Notes: a model not told the origin generated them from the letters alone. A stretch of 64,000 bases of DNA from Zygnema circumcarinatum SAG 698-1b (GCA_037447605.1 CM074823.1:434001-498000); one strand, 5' to 3'. Shown: positions 20,957 to 34,979, numbered from the stretch's first letter. Translations and numbers: made by a program.

Positions 20957-22911
20957 ACAGAAGATGAAGAAGGCGACCACGGCTTTCTCTACTTCTTCTT
21001 CGTTATTTGCATTGGCCTCGCCGTATACATCCTCATCTCCATTGTTATCTCCATTTTCCGGCCCTTAACTCAAGCAGAAAATGAAGTCATTGCAATTGGC
21101 CTCCTCGTTATTTTGGCTTTACCACTCATAGTCCCCATAGGGATATACCAGAGCCCATACTGGCTGAACCCTAAACCTCCCTTACTTAATAATAACCCCT
21201 CAAATAGAGGAGGAGAAGGAGAAGGAGGCTCTCAAGAAAGAGAAGGAGACCAAGGGGATATTATCAGTATAGTAACCGGACAGATGCCTCCACCCCAAAA
21301 TGTTGCCCAAGACGAAGTGAAGAAAAAGATGAGAGATGAGAGAGAGACGAATTTGGAGGAAGGGAGACAGACGATGCCAGGAGTGGGAAAAGGAGGAGGA
21401 GGAGGGAGAGAGAGAGGAGGAGTGGGAGAGAAAGGACGACCCTCTAAAGAAGATGCGCAGAATGCTGCTAAGAAGGATATGCTTCTGACTTCAATGGACG
21501 AGTTGACTTTATCGACCATTCTTACTGGAGTCGATTTTTGGCTGCTATTCTTTTCTTTATTGGCGGGAGTGGCCTCCGCCTTTGTGGTGACGGACAATTT
21601 GGCGCAGATCGGGTCGGCTCAGGGCTACAGTGCGACGGGAACAGCGGCTTCATTGTTTAACATATGGGGCTTTGCAGGGCGGGCCGCGGGAGGGTTCTAC
21701 TCGGAGCATCTCATGAGGTGGGAGAGGGGTGTGGGAGAGGTGTGGGAGAGAGGTGTGGGAGTGGTGTGGGAGAGAGGTGTGGGAGAGAGGTGTGGGAGGG
21801 GTGTGGTGTTACTGGTGTAGGAGGGAGGTGTGGGAGAGGTGTGGGAGAGAGGTGGGAGAGGTGTGGGAGCGAGGTGGGAGAGGTGTGGGAGAGAGGTGTG
21901 GGAGAGGTGTGCGAGGGTTAAAGTAACTAAAATTTGTGAATTTGGAAAGGGTGTGTGTACCACTCTCCTTTTCTCTCTAGCTGTCCTCCTCTCTTTCTCT
22001 CCCTCTCTCTCTCTCACCCTCTCTCTGCTCTTTAGTCTCTCCTTCTTTAAATCTAAACCTCTAAGCTCCTGAAGTTCCCATAACCCACTAATTTCCCAAA
22101 AATCGCAGAACTCTAAATTTGTTTCTAGATCCCTGAACCACCCTCAACTCTAAGCCATTCAGCCCCTTAAAACCCGCTAAAAACCCTACACCGCCCTAAT
22201 CTGAAAACCACCTAAAACTCTGAACCCCCTAAAACCTTTAACCCCTCTAAAACGTCAGAACCCTCCAAACCATAAGACCCCTTAGAACCCTAAAACCCGC
22301 TCTTGAGCCCTTAATGCTCTTGAACCCTTAAACCTCTTAAACCCTAAACCCTAAAGCCTAAAGCCTGAACCCTACCCCCTACCCCCTAAACCATAACCCT
22401 AATCCCTCCGCTTGCCTGCCTGCCCGCCTGCAGATCGTACGGCTTCCCGCGCCCCCTCCTCGTGGCGGCGACGCAGGTCCTCATGGCCGGCGGCTTCATG
22501 TCGTTCGCGTTCGCAGCCGTCGGATCGATGTACGTCGGAACGCTGGCCGTCGGATTCGGCATGGGACTCACATTTTCCGTCACGACGGCGACATGCTCCG
22601 AATTGTTCGGTTTGAAAAATTTCGGACTGGCTTACAACATTCTCACATGTGCCATTCCGCTCGGGTCGTACCTGTTTTCAACTTTGCTGGCTGGGTCAGT
22701 TTACGACAGCGTTTTGGACATGGAACAGCTCCGTTCCGTAGGCAGTGACGGAACTGTAACTGTGATTGTGACGTCGGACACGTGTTATGGGGCTCCATGC
22801 TTCGAACTGACTTTCATAATTTTGGCCGTTCTTTGCGTCTGTGGAGCGTTTGCGAATTCTGTGCTTGCGTGGAGGACGCGCAGGTTCTATGAAGTGTTGG
22901 CGATATCATGA
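18785..22911 (+). CDS. Nodulin-like / NFD4-type major facilitator superfamily transporter (one or more internal exons missing, probably in the N gap at ~20242)
   Basis: Exons 18785-18919 (NKWMALVGCMWLLTSSGIMYDFSIFSESLK), 19514-19651 (LGYTQVELNLVGTASDTG), 20147-20215, 20961-21717 (DFWLLFFSLLAG...DNLAQIG...WGFAGR), 22434-22911 (SELFGLKNFG...CYGAPCF). Phase mismatch between 20215 (phase 0) and 20961 (phase 1). Confidence 0.9.
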
Positions 22912-24157
22912 GTAAAAGAAGTATGAAGAAAAAAAAAGGGTTTAGAATTAGGGTTTAGGGTTTAGGGTTTAGGGTTTTAGAGGTTCTTTAAACCAAATAC
23001 AGTCTCAGGGTTTTGCAGGTGGAGGGATTAGGAGATTAAGAGTACAAAGTAGAGTTGTTGATGTGAGGTTTCGGGTTCAAAGGCTTCAAGTCTTTCACGT
23101 TTTCTTCGATTTTAGGGTTTTAGAAGAAATTTTTTCTCAAGCTCAAGTGTAGGTACCGTTCAGAGAGAGCTTGGCTGCTCATTCATTGTTTGTACAGAAT
23201 AGAAATTTCGGACTTGTTTTCTCCGGGAAGATTCCCATCTGAAGAGTAAATAAATTTCGTGCTCACACCTATAAAATTTGCACATTATTCAGTTTTTGAA
23301 TAATTCTAATTATATGCCCAAAAGCCTTAAGAGAGCAACGAATCAGAAATTAGAAAATTAAACGGAACTCAAATGGGCGAAGGCAGTAAAGTATAATTAA
23401 AAACTTTAAATCATTTAGAACCAGAAAGCGAAAATTCGTACCCCTGAAGCTGACTCCCATTGCCCTTAACCCTTCTCTTAGAACCTGAACCCTAAAAACC
23501 CGAGAACCTAAACCCAAAATTGTAAAACCCTGAACCATGGACCCTGGACCTTGAACCTTAAACCCTAAAACCTTCAACCCTGAACCCTAAACCCTAAACC
23601 TTGAACCCAACCCCTTGAACCCTGAACCTTGAATCATTGTTACAGACTCTGCAGTTTGCAGGCTTTATTTTGCAGGCTGAATTCTCCGCACACGAAAAAA
23701 ATCAGAAAAGTTCTTGACATTTTTTTTTTAATTCGTCTTAAGCGTTATCACAGTGATAATCATAATTGAAAAAATTGTCATCATCGAGTTCATTATTTTT
23801 TTCCATGTTTTTCTCCTCTTGACTCTTTACGTTTCCCTGGAAGGTCTGTTTGCCTGCAATACATTGCGGAGGAGAAGGACAGGGGCAGGGGGAGAGCGGA
23901 AGCAGGGAAGGACGGGAGGGGGGGAGAGTGGGTGGGTGGGAGAGAGGGGGAGGGAGAGGCGGAGAAGGACAAAAGAGGGAGAGAGAGAGAGAGTGGGGTG
24001 GAAGGGCGAGAGGAGAGGACGGATATCAAAGAGAGAGAGAGGGAGGGAAAGAGATCGCGAGAGAGGGGAAGGAGGATGCATCGAGAGGGGAGAGGTCGAG
24101 AAAGAGAGGAATGGGAAGTGAGAGAGAAAGGTGGAGCGATCCAATACCTTTGGGCAA

Positions 24158-27100
24158 TCACATTGAAAAAAGATACTGTACTCTGAACTGCAACATGTAA
24201 ATGTTCAGAGCATTCCACCCACCTGTAAGGCGCGGATTCAGCGACCACGCCAACGCTGCAGCTCCAAAAGCCGCTGATTGGAAGCTCCTCTCGTCCTCCC
24301 CCTCACTCTCTCTCTCCCTTTCCCGTTCCCTCCCCCTCTCCCACTCCAACTCCTTCTCGATCTCCCTCTCACTCTCCCTCTCATTCTCCCTCCACAACGT
24401 CTCTCTATCGATCCCCATCTCCTCCATCTCCCTCTCCGACTCCTCCGCGGTTTCCTCCACTACCTCCTTCGTTCTATGAAAAACCGAACTGAACAGAGTT
24501 GACGATATTCTCTTAGTTTGACGGTCAACTCTACAAGGAAATGCGTCTGCTCCGTGAAAAGCACTCTCATTAAAACCTCCTTTCTCTCCCACTCTCCCTC
24601 TCACTATCCCTGGCTTCAAGCTCCGGCCTCTCCCTCCATCTCCTTCTTTCTCGCTATCACCGATCCTCTCTCCTTCCTCTGCATCCATCTTTACATCCTT
24701 TTCACCGCCTTTTCCTGTGCTCAATTTTTCGATGTTTTCAATAATCTCGATATTTTTATGCACAAATGTGATTCCCCCATGTAAAAGAGCTCCCTTCAAC
24801 GCTTGATCCTCAATATGAGAATGCTCATCTCCCCATCTTTCTGCTTCTGGAATGCTTGAACGAGAGAGGAGGTCCAAAGTATCACATTTTGTGTCCTGCA
24901 TGCATACACCATAGAGCCAAGTAGAGATAAAAGAATAAAAACAGAGAAAGAGAGAGCGAGAGAGAGAGAGAGAGAGGAGAGTATAACGTTGAACTTCCTG
25001 TCACAACGGTTTCGAAACACTAACACTGGAGAGGTCAAGATTGTTAATGTTTTGACGAATTCAAGAGTGTTATAGGATTCAATACTTGAGGGCTTCGAAA
25101 ATGATAAACCAATTACAGTCATATTGTATGCCCCATAGAATACGAACTAACAGACCTCCCGCAATGTAAAGAGCTCCTTCAGCTCCTCTTTGCTAAAGTG
25201 CCGCCCTCCGCCGCCCCCTCCGCCGCCACTGCCAACAGCAACTGCCGCTTCACCTTTCACAATTTGCCGCTGAAATATCTTTTCTTCAATACTGCCCCAC
25301 AAAACAAACAGCAAACAATATGTGAATAAGCCATATTGCAATGGGAGAAGGTGGGAGGGGGAAGGTGGGAGGGGGGGGTGGGGGGAAAGGAGGGGGAGGG
25401 ATAGAGAACAACGGAAAGGGAGAAAGTGAGAGAAAAGGGGAAGGTGGCGTACATGTACCCAATGCTACGCTGGATATTGGCACGTGGTGGGGAAGGAGGG
25501 AGTGAGGGGAGGGAGGAGGAAGCAGGGGGGGGGCACAGAGGAAAATGGAGCAAATGAAAGGGAAAAAGAGAGAGAGGGAAAAACAAAAGGTGGAGTAATC
25601 TACCCTATATGTTACTATGGGTTTTGAAAGACAGACATGCGAGCGCACCTTCCTGTTGTCAAAAAACGATAGATGAAGACGGGCTTGCGTTGGCCTTCTC
25701 TCCAAATGCGAGCCATGGCCTGCGGAAGCATGCAGCCGAATGGATGAGCAAACACAGTGAGGGAGAGAGTGAGACAGGGTGAGTGACAGAGAGAGAGAGA
25801 GCGAGAGTGAGAGAGAGAGAGAGAGAGAGAGTGCGAGGGTTGTATGCATATCGTGCATGATAGGCATGGGTTACATGCATAGCGTGGACAGAGTATCAAA
25901 GTATATGGAAATCGTATCATACACGCATGTATAGACAATGCATGAAGAACTCAGAAGACAGCGGCTATAGAACAAAGGAATACAGGAAAATTTAAGTAAT
26001 AGTTGCTGATAAATACAATACACACGTGTATATACAATATAAAATATATACACATACAAATGTTTACCATATGTATGTTACAAAAAATATATATATATAT
26101 ATCAAAACCTGCGCATCTGTAGCTGGGTTCCAATCGGGGTCAAAAAGAACAAGTCGATTTGCTCCAATAAGGTTCAGTCCTGTTCCTCCTGCCTTCGACG
26201 AAAGCAGGAAAACAAATTCTTCTCCGTTCTTGTTGAAGGCATCGACGACTGCTTGCCGAGTTCCGGCCTCCGTAGTCCCGTCCAAACGGCAGAATTTCCA
26301 TCCAAAAAAATTGCACAGATCCTAAAATGGGAAAGAAAGGAAGAGAAAGAAGAGTATGCTCTTCTGATATTTTTCCTCATAAATTTCCCCTCAGATGGGA
26401 AGAGAAGGGTTTCCTTCTGTATGTTGAGATCGTTCTTTGGCCACTCTAGAGGATGAACTCTGCAAATAGTTATGATTATGAACAGGTACGGAGACAAGTA
26501 CAGCGATGATGTTGAATGTGCATGGAATTGGAATGTGAATGGGAATGTGAGTATGAATCTGAATATGAAAATGAATATGCTCATCAATATGAACACGACT
26601 AAGAGTATGAATACGTCAATGTCAGACTGCTCACCTGAATAAGATCGAGGGTTCGCGTAAAGTTAGATACAATGACGACTCTGTCAGGCTGCTCTCCTAC
26701 ACAAGTGGTTGTTTTCAATACTGCGTGGAGCAGCTGTACTAGACATTGCATTTTCCCCGACTTCTTATATGCTTCTGTGCTCCCTTCAGACCTGAAACAG
26801 CAAAACAAAAAAAGGGAAACGAGGAGGAAAGAAAATAAAAGCGATCCGAGTTTTCCTGAGGGGTCTGCAATACTCATGAACGGCCACAAATTGACTGATT
26901 GAAGATTCACTACTATTTGCAAGGAGAGCATCCATTCGAAATTCGTAAGAGTATCAATAAGGAGCGCACTTGGTGTGTGAAAGCAAGAGAAAAAGAAAGA
27001 GAAACGAGGCAGAAAGAGAGAGGAGGGGGTGTGAGAGAGGGGAGGGAGAAGAAGTGAGTGGAAGAAGCACTCACTCATTTTGCTGGTTTAGTACGGCAGC

Positions 27101-30100
27101 GATTCCTCTCTCATCATGCTCAGCGGGAAGGCCTTCACTGCTGCTTTGCACTAAGTCCGGATGGTTACAGAGCTTGCGGAGGAGCCCAATCGCAGCAAGA
27201 ACATGACCAGTGCTGCCCGAAGTGTCGAAGAAGGATTTAAAATTCTGAAAATGAAAAGAACCACAGCTTTACGCTAAGTAAAAATCCTGTGCAATTTTTG
27301 TCCCCCCATCCGTTCCCCTCCTCCTCCTCCCTCCCTCCCTCCCTCCCTCCCTCCCTCCCTCCCTCCCTCCCTCCCTCCCTCCCTCCCTCCCTCCCTCCCT
27401 CCCTCCCTCCCTCCCTCCCTCCCTCCCTCCCTCCCTCCCTCCCTCCCTCCCTCCCTCCCTCCCTCCCTCCCTCCCTCCCTCCCTCCCTCCCTCCCTCCCT
27501 CCCTCCCTCCCTCCCTCCCTCCCTCCCTCCCTCCCTCCCTCCCTCCCTCCCTCCCTCCCTCCCTCCCTCCCTCCCTCCCTCCCTCCCTCCCTCCCTCCCT
27601 CCCTCCCTCCCTCCCTCCCTCCCTCCCTCCCTCCCTCCCTCCCTCCCTCCCTCCCTCCCTCCCTCCCTCCCTCCCTCCCTCCCTCCCTCCCTCCCTCCCT
27701 CCCTCCCTCCCTCCCTCCCTCCCTCCCTCCCTCCCTCCCTCCCTCCCTCCCTCCCTCCCTCCCTCCCTCCCTCCCTCCCTCCCTCCCTCCCTCCCTCCCT
27801 CCCTCCCTCCCTCCCTCCCTCCCTCCCTCCCTCCCTCCCTCCCTCCCTCCCTCCCTCCCTCCCTCCCTCCCTCCCTCCCTCCCTCCCTCCCTCCCTCCCT
27901 CCCTCCCTCCCTCCCTCCCTCCCTCCCTCCCTCCCTCCCTCCCTCCCTCCCTCCCTCCCTCCCTCCCTCCCTCCCTCCCTCCCTCCCTCCCTCCCTCCCT
28001 CCCTCCCTCCCTCCCTCCCTCCCTCCCTCCCTCCCTCCCTCCCTCCCTCCCTCCCTCCCTCCCTCCCTCCCTCCCTCCCTCCCTCCCTCCCTCCCTCCCT
28101 CCCTCCCTCCCTCCCTCCCTCCCTCCCTCCCTCCCTCCCTCCCTCCCTCCCTCCCTCCCTCCCTCCCTCCCTCCCTCCCTCCCTCCCTCCCTCCCTCCCT
28201 CCCTCCCTCCCTCCCTCCCTCCCTCCCTCCCTCCCTCCCTCCCTCCCTCCCTCCCTCCCTCCCTCTTTCCCACTCTCCCCCTCTACCTCTCTCAATCCGC
28301 CTCACTCCACCTCTTGCGCTTTCCCGCGCTCTGTCTTTCTCTCAGAAAGTTGAGGGCTCTAAAATTTGAGGATGGAAAAAGGAATTAGAGTTAAGAGCCC
28401 TACTCCTGCTTGGCTGGAAGGTACTGCTTGTTGGTTTCTGCTGTCCTTCTTAATACGAAGCCTTTCACTTTACTTTGAAGCTCATTTGATCGTGCTCTGC
28501 CAAGTTCCTGCTCCTCGTTGCTGTAAAAGGCGACAACAAAAAGCAGGTGGAAATATTTACGAAACAGAGGAAGGTCAGGGTCTGCCGTTTCTCCTAAAAA
28601 TCAGATTAAGGGGATCCTTTATAGACTCCCGAAGTCAAAAACGAAAGTGGGATAGAAGTCCTTACTTTCCTATTTTCACGAAAGTATATTTCAAATTGTG
28701 AATGTTTGGCCACCCTGGCGTCGTTTTCAATAGATGCGACCCATTTTCACTTCATCTTTGTTGGATGTGACAGAATATGCCGTCATCTTGGATGAATGTG
28801 ACGCGTTATGACGTCATCTTGGTTGCATGTGGGACATTATGGCCTCACCCTGGTTGGACGTGACGTGACACACCTTGCATGGCGGTCATGGCTTCTGCTG
28901 ATGGGGTCGCTGTAGAGCCGCTTGAAGGCCGCGAGGGGGCCGAGGAAGTTGGGATTTACGAAGTCCATCATTGCATAGAATTCGTTTAAGTCGTTTTGAA
29001 CGGGGGTGCCCGTCTGAATGTGGACGACATAGTTTTAGAATGGGGGAGGGGGAGGGGGAGGGGGAGGGGGAGGGGGAGGGGGTGGTGGAGTGAGAGTGGA
29101 GGGAGAGGGGGAAGGGACAGGCAGGGGATGAATAGAGCGAGAGAGAGGGGAGGAAGAGAGGACAGGTGGACAATAGGGGAAGGAGAGGGAGAGAGAGGAA
29201 GGAAAGGGAAAGCAGTGGGAGGCGAATGTAACATACAAGGGGTAAGAAAACATGGTCGAGACAGTAGAAATGAATATAGATGCCAATGAATCATTAACTT
29301 CTTTTCTTCTTCTTTCATGTTTCCAGAACGAGCTGAAGGGCTCAATACAATATGATGGTCGCATTCATTCTCTTGTACCAAATTTTGCAGAGCTTCTTCC
29401 TGTAAATTCTTGTCTTGCCGTCACATGTTTCTGTCAGCACTCACCAAGAGAATTCTCTTCGGGCAGTTAAGGCCAGAGAGACTCGCAATCGTCTTGTTCC
29501 CCGCACTGCAACCAGAAATTAGGGAGCTCCACGAGCTGTTCCGTTATACAATGCTACTATATTGCAAGCTGAACAAAAAACAGCCACAAATTGACATCTT
29601 CAAATTAAATTGTTTGAAACGTCCTGACAACGAAACATAAAAAAATTGCAGATTTTTAAAGTGAACTGGAAAACCGTAAGTCAATCTCTCTCCTCCCTCT
29701 GTACCTCCACTTCACCTTTGAAGCCACCTCGCTTTTCACTTCCCTTTCACCTCTTCTCCCTCCTCTCTTCTCCTTCGTACAAGCCTCGCTCTCGCTCTCT
29801 GCCCCGTTAAGAAATTCTGTCGCTCCTATCGTGCTTAGTTTTCTTTCTCCGACATTCATCTCCTATCTACCTTCTCACTCCCCCCTTCTCTGTAATCCGT
29901 CTATTCCTCTCTCCCTCTCTTTTTCTCTGCCCGCTTCGCTTACCCTCTCTCCCACCCCACCTCTATCTCCTCCCTGAACTTCGCCCTGCTGATCCCTTCA
30001 CCCTCTCTCCTTTCCCACTCTGATTCCTCGTATTCTCTTAGCCTGAAGAAGAAACTGATGAACACCAACGAAAGTCCAAATGGAATCGACCGACCGACCG

Positions 30101-31112
30101 AACAAGTTGTCTTAGTCATTTCACCTTGTCTAACAGCTACCAATTCCTTCACCTTGTTTCCCTTCTAATAATTTTTTTAGTTTCACCTGTTTTTCAGTCG
30201 ATGGCCTTCATCGCAGACCAGCAGTCCCGGTTTTGCAGCAGCAATCATTTCCGTGTGCTTCCGTAAAAGCTCATAACTTGTGATTAGGAGAGGGCAGACA
30301 GAACCATTTGTGAAGTCCAAGAGCTTTGACTTCGCCTAAATAGAAGGGAAAAAAAGGAAGCACGAAAAAACGGAATTTAGAAGCTTTGACGGTTTCAGGG
30401 TTCAGAGCTTGAAGGACTTATTTAGGATTTTTTTAGGATTAGTTGATGAGAATTTCGTACCTCCACTGCAGATGAACCAGCATGAACAACGAGAGCTTTT
30501 AGTCGCTCACTTCCAAGCCACTTATTTACCTACAGGAACAGAGAAACAAGGGGAAGGAGGAGATGAATTCTTTATTTATGAGGAAAATAATGCTCAGTGA
30601 AAGGCGTTACAGAAAGGCAGAGAAAACAAGCACACTTGCGCGCCAGGACGAGGGAAGGTAAGAAAGAACGAGGAAAGAGCGAGAGAGTGAGAGAGAGAGA
30701 GAGGGGGCGAAAGAGAGACAGACAGAGTGAGACAGAGAGAAAGAGAGAGGGAGAGCGTGAGGGGTGGGGATGCAGTACAGAGGTATTTTCAGGTGAAGGT
30801 ACCTTTTGAAGCCAAAGCAGAAGCTGATTCTTTGCATGTCAGCAGTAAAAGAGGAGGTGACTGACATAGCAAGAATAGACATTAAGATCCTTGAAATTTC
30901 TAATTCGACCCAACTGTGACTAAAACCGAGAAGTTAAAACAATAACGTTTGTTTCCAAATGATCTTACCTCCTTACCCCAGTTTCCCACCAACGACGATG
31001 GGCAGACAACGATGGCTTTCCGAACTACAGGTCTCCCGTTTGGCCCCTGTCCTCCTCTCACCAAACAGAATTTGAAAAATAGCCCTCCTTTCTCCCTTTC
31101 TCTCTCTATCGT

Positions 31113-31152
<40 letters not shown>

Positions 31153-33979
31153 TCTCCCGCTCTGGCTCCCCCCCTTGCTCTTCCTCACTTTATCTCACTG
31201 GCTCTCACTTTCCCTCTCCCGCTCTCGCTTCCACCTCCCACTCACCTCCCCACTATCTCTCACTGCCTCCCTCTCTCTCTCCTTCTCTTTCTCTTTATCT
31301 CTAAAGGACAAGTCGGTTGCTCCTGCGACTCTGCAGGGTGAGACATCATGACGAGAGTGCGAAAAGAGCTCCCTCACTCCATTTTACCTTCTTCAAGAGA
31401 GTCCATATCAAAGCGATGACTTGCATGGTCTTCCCTAGTCCTGCAAAAATTCAGATTCAAAAGTGTTCAATGTATTTGTTTCTACATCATGAATTGATAT
31501 ACGCCAGCGCTTCAAGGTGGGAAGAAAACTGCGAGTTGATCGCAAACAAGGAAAATTAAACCAAAACATGTTCATTCGAAACACAATTCGATATTTCTGC
31601 GTGTTGTGAATCAGGCAAAGTACTTAAAAGAGACCCATAACATACCCATAACGTACCCATTGCATCTGCAAGAAGACAGCCACTGAAGTTCTGATTCCGA
31701 ATACCCATAACGCATTCGTATAGGAACTTAACTCCTTCCCTCTGATGCGGTCTGAGCTGTGTCGAAATGTGCTGCAGACGTATCATGTTGAAAGTGATAA
31801 CATCGGACATCATCATTAATCATACACAATATTACTCTTACCTTGTTTTCTTTTTTCTCTTGTGTCTTATGACGTACTAAAGGTATTCCAAAGTGTTTTA
31901 GAGAAAAAGGCGAGAGTTGCAATAAACTAGAAATATGTGCGAAAGGCATTATAGTTTTGCTGGAGCCTGAAAGCGCATAGAGGTCCTTCAAAAAGGGGCG
32001 AAAAGTACTCTGTCAACAATAACGGGGGTAGCGCCAACTTCTTTCTGAAGCTCCACTTCGTTCAATATGAGTGCATTCTGCATAGAAACCGACCGGAGTT
32101 CCCTCAGAGAAATGCAGTGCATGCACTCCAATGTATACATTTGAAACATACAGTTCGACTCCCGACTTTCTCCCCCTCAACCCCTCTCCCTCTTCCTCTC
32201 CTCCCTCCCCCTCTCCGGCTCCCTCTCTCCCTCGATCCTCCTCTCGCCTGCCCGTCCTCCATCTCCCACTCTCCCACTCTCTCCCTTCCCCCCTCCGTAT
32301 CCCTCTCTCCCTTTCTCCTTCCTCTCTTTCTCTCCCTCACATGCAAGTGTGAATATGTATGTATGTAGTTCAACTTATGCACGCAGGAATGTATGTATGT
32401 ATGGATGGCACATGTGCATATATCTATGCACGCCTGAAGAAGGAAAAAGATATTAGGAAATGTCCTGAATTCCAGAATAGCCTTGAAAGATGAGTGGGAG
32501 GACGAAAGTCATAATGTTTTGAAATGATTGTGAAGAGATTCATATTGGTTCTACAACTTGCAAACGAGTGATACATTTTCGTGGGTTTTCTGAAGCGGCG
32601 TTTCATGGTTTCTTGTCACAACCTCGTCGAGTTGGAGCTGAGTACCGCTCGGTTCAGCGTGTTGGACCGGCCTGCACCGTCACGGAAAAAAAATGAATCA
32701 CAAACCACAAGCAAAAAACCACGAACCAAAAAGCAGTTGAGGGAATGCTTGCCTTCTCTCCCTCAATGCTGAGCCCTCTGAACAACCACATAGATAAACG
32801 TGAACATAAACAGTTAAAACAGACGTCATCACACTAACATAAACAATAAATAAACATTTTTGACATACGTAGACAGAGGTAAACGCACGGATTCGTAGTT
32901 TCCTGCTAAAGCTCGTTTCCCGGCCAGACAAAGAAACTGACTTAATCTGTCAAGTTACAAGGAAAATAAACTGAAACCTTCATTTCAGTTTGAATTCAGT
33001 TTGACCACCTTGAAGGCTGCCCCATATGGTGGAGGCCTGCACATTTGGAGCCGCCGCTTTTCCGAAAAATCGACGGTTCCGTCCCATGCGTATCGAATGC
33101 CCTGCCACTCAAATACTCCTCTTCGGTGATGCTCCGCATTATTTCAACATGGTATTTACCGATCTGCAAAAGAGCCAAAAGAACATCATACATCATCTTG
33201 TACTCCTTACAGTTATCTGCTCATATCCAATATCAATCAGTCAATGCAATCTGCAATCTGCAATCGGCAATCTGCAATCTGTAACCTCTGTTATTCATAA
33301 TATATATCAATAAAAAATATGTTCTTGATACAATATCCTACAAGCAGTGTATAACACTCGATCCCAATTTCAATGATTGTTTGTTACAATACTGTTACGT
33401 GCTCACATTCCTCACCTTGAAGCTCCCTTCCTCGTCACATTCTGGTAAGCTTGCAGCAGTCCTCCTCCCCTCAGCTGAAGCAAGAGGCTTTCCTGAAACA
33501 TTGCTCAGTGTCTTGGAGCTCTCACGGACTGTCAGTAGTCCGTCAGACCATGGTCCCTTGGACTTAGAATTCCTTTTTATGGCTGCAAACATCACACAAA
33601 ACCGCTTCACAGAGACAATATTGTTGTTGGTATAACTGCTACCATTATTGTTCTCGGAAATAACATTGTCTGTTTTATTTATCAAGTTTGCGTGTATTCG
33701 GACGACTTCTCCATTTCTTGATGTAGACTTTGTTTTTTGTTGAAACGAAACAGCTTGATGTGAAGCCATTTGGAAGCCTTGAATGCCAGAAGAAGAATCA
33801 TATTGATAAGATTCCCGCCTTTCCTGCTCTGCCAGTTCTACTGCTCCTGCTCCTTCTCCTGCTCCTGCTCCTGCTCCTGCTTTTGCTTTCTCTTTTGCTG
33901 GTTCTCGTACGGTGTTAGAGGAGGACGAGAAGGAAACGAAAGGGGATTGGAAGCAGCGCTTCTTTCCTGCAGCCGACAT
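24158..33979 (-). CDS. RAD54B: RAD54B/Rdh54-like SNF2-family DNA translocase (~19 exons; one internal exon apparently missing)
   Basis: [15 protein letters not shown]...LADAMG|LGKT (Walker A), [106 protein letters not shown]. The N-terminal 'FCVMFA...[11 protein letters not shown]' and '[23 protein letters not shown]' resemble the RAD54B-specific N-terminal domain. Confidence 0.88.
27328..28263. repeat. Perfect (CCCT)n tract, ~935 bp, intronic
   Basis: Uninterrupted CCCT tetramer visible directly in the sequence. Confidence 0.97.
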
Positions 33980-34109
33980 AGCTTCCTTCCCTTCCTCTCT
34001 GCCTTTCTTCCTCTCTGCCTTCCCTTCCCTCCTTTCAAGACTGAGGGAGAGGATGCAGGCAGGCGACCGGCGGTCCAGACAGGCGAGCCTTCCGCCCCTG
34101 CTGCCCTGG

Positions 34110-34620
34110 TGGTCAAGGCGTCCAATGGTGAACCGTCACGTGGACATTCTTGCCACGTGGCGCTTCATCGTTTGTAAATATTTGGAAATTGCCAACTCGG
34201 AGGCAAGTATTCCAATGGGAGACCGCCACGTGGAAGTACTTGCCACGGGCGCCTCATCATTGGTGGATACTCGACCTCGATTTCTGGAACTGCCAACTGG
34301 GAGGCAAAGGCGTCAAATGGGAACCACCACGTGGACATAATTGACACGTGGCGTTTAATCATTGGTGAATGTTTGACCTGGAGTTTCATGAACTGCCAAC
34401 TGGGAGGCAAGATATCCAATGGAGAGCCGCCATGTGGACATTATCTACACGTGGCGCTCGATCCGAGTCAGTAAAATATCCAATGATTTCTCGCCACGTA
34501 AGAATATTGACAGGTGGCATATTTTCATTGGAAGATGCTCGAGCCCAAAAAGTCTCGGCAGTGCCAACCGAGACGGGTTTTTTACTGCCGACTGGGGGAC
34601 ATTTACGTGCCCCGTGACGT
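34110..34620. promoter_or_regulatory. Bidirectional promoter region (RAD54B / ECI) built from ~105-bp repeats with paired CCAAT-N10-CACG elements
   Basis: Perfect motifs at 34122-34140 (+), 34212-34230 (+), 34347-34365 (-) and 34480-34498 (+), plus degenerate copies. The unit gccaact(c/g)ggaggcaa occurs three times. Confidence 0.6.
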
Positions 34621-34979
34621 GACCACATAGAACAGTTAAAATCGGACCAATTTCAGTACGGAGAAACATGCGGAAAGTACGAGTACAGTACTGTACTGTA
34701 GTATGTACGAACAGAAGTACGGAAATTGCGCATGGTACGAACCGTACGGACTGTTTGCCCCGGGCATCCCCCTCCCCCCCCCGGGGCATGAACCCCCCCC
34801 GCCAGGCATGACCCCCACCCTGGGCATGACACCCCCGGCCATGCCCTTGTCTCCGTGTCTCCAACCCTACCACCACCTCTCCTACCTCTCCCTGCCCAGT
34901 CCCTCAGAGATTCTTCCTGAACCCCTCTGCGCAGGCCTCAAGAGGCTTAAACCCTAACCCTAACACCTGAAACCCTAAC

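Noticed and set aside
27237-28353. Long ORFs (GGRE)n / (SLPP)n
   Set aside because: Translations of a stop-free CCCT microsatellite inside an intron.
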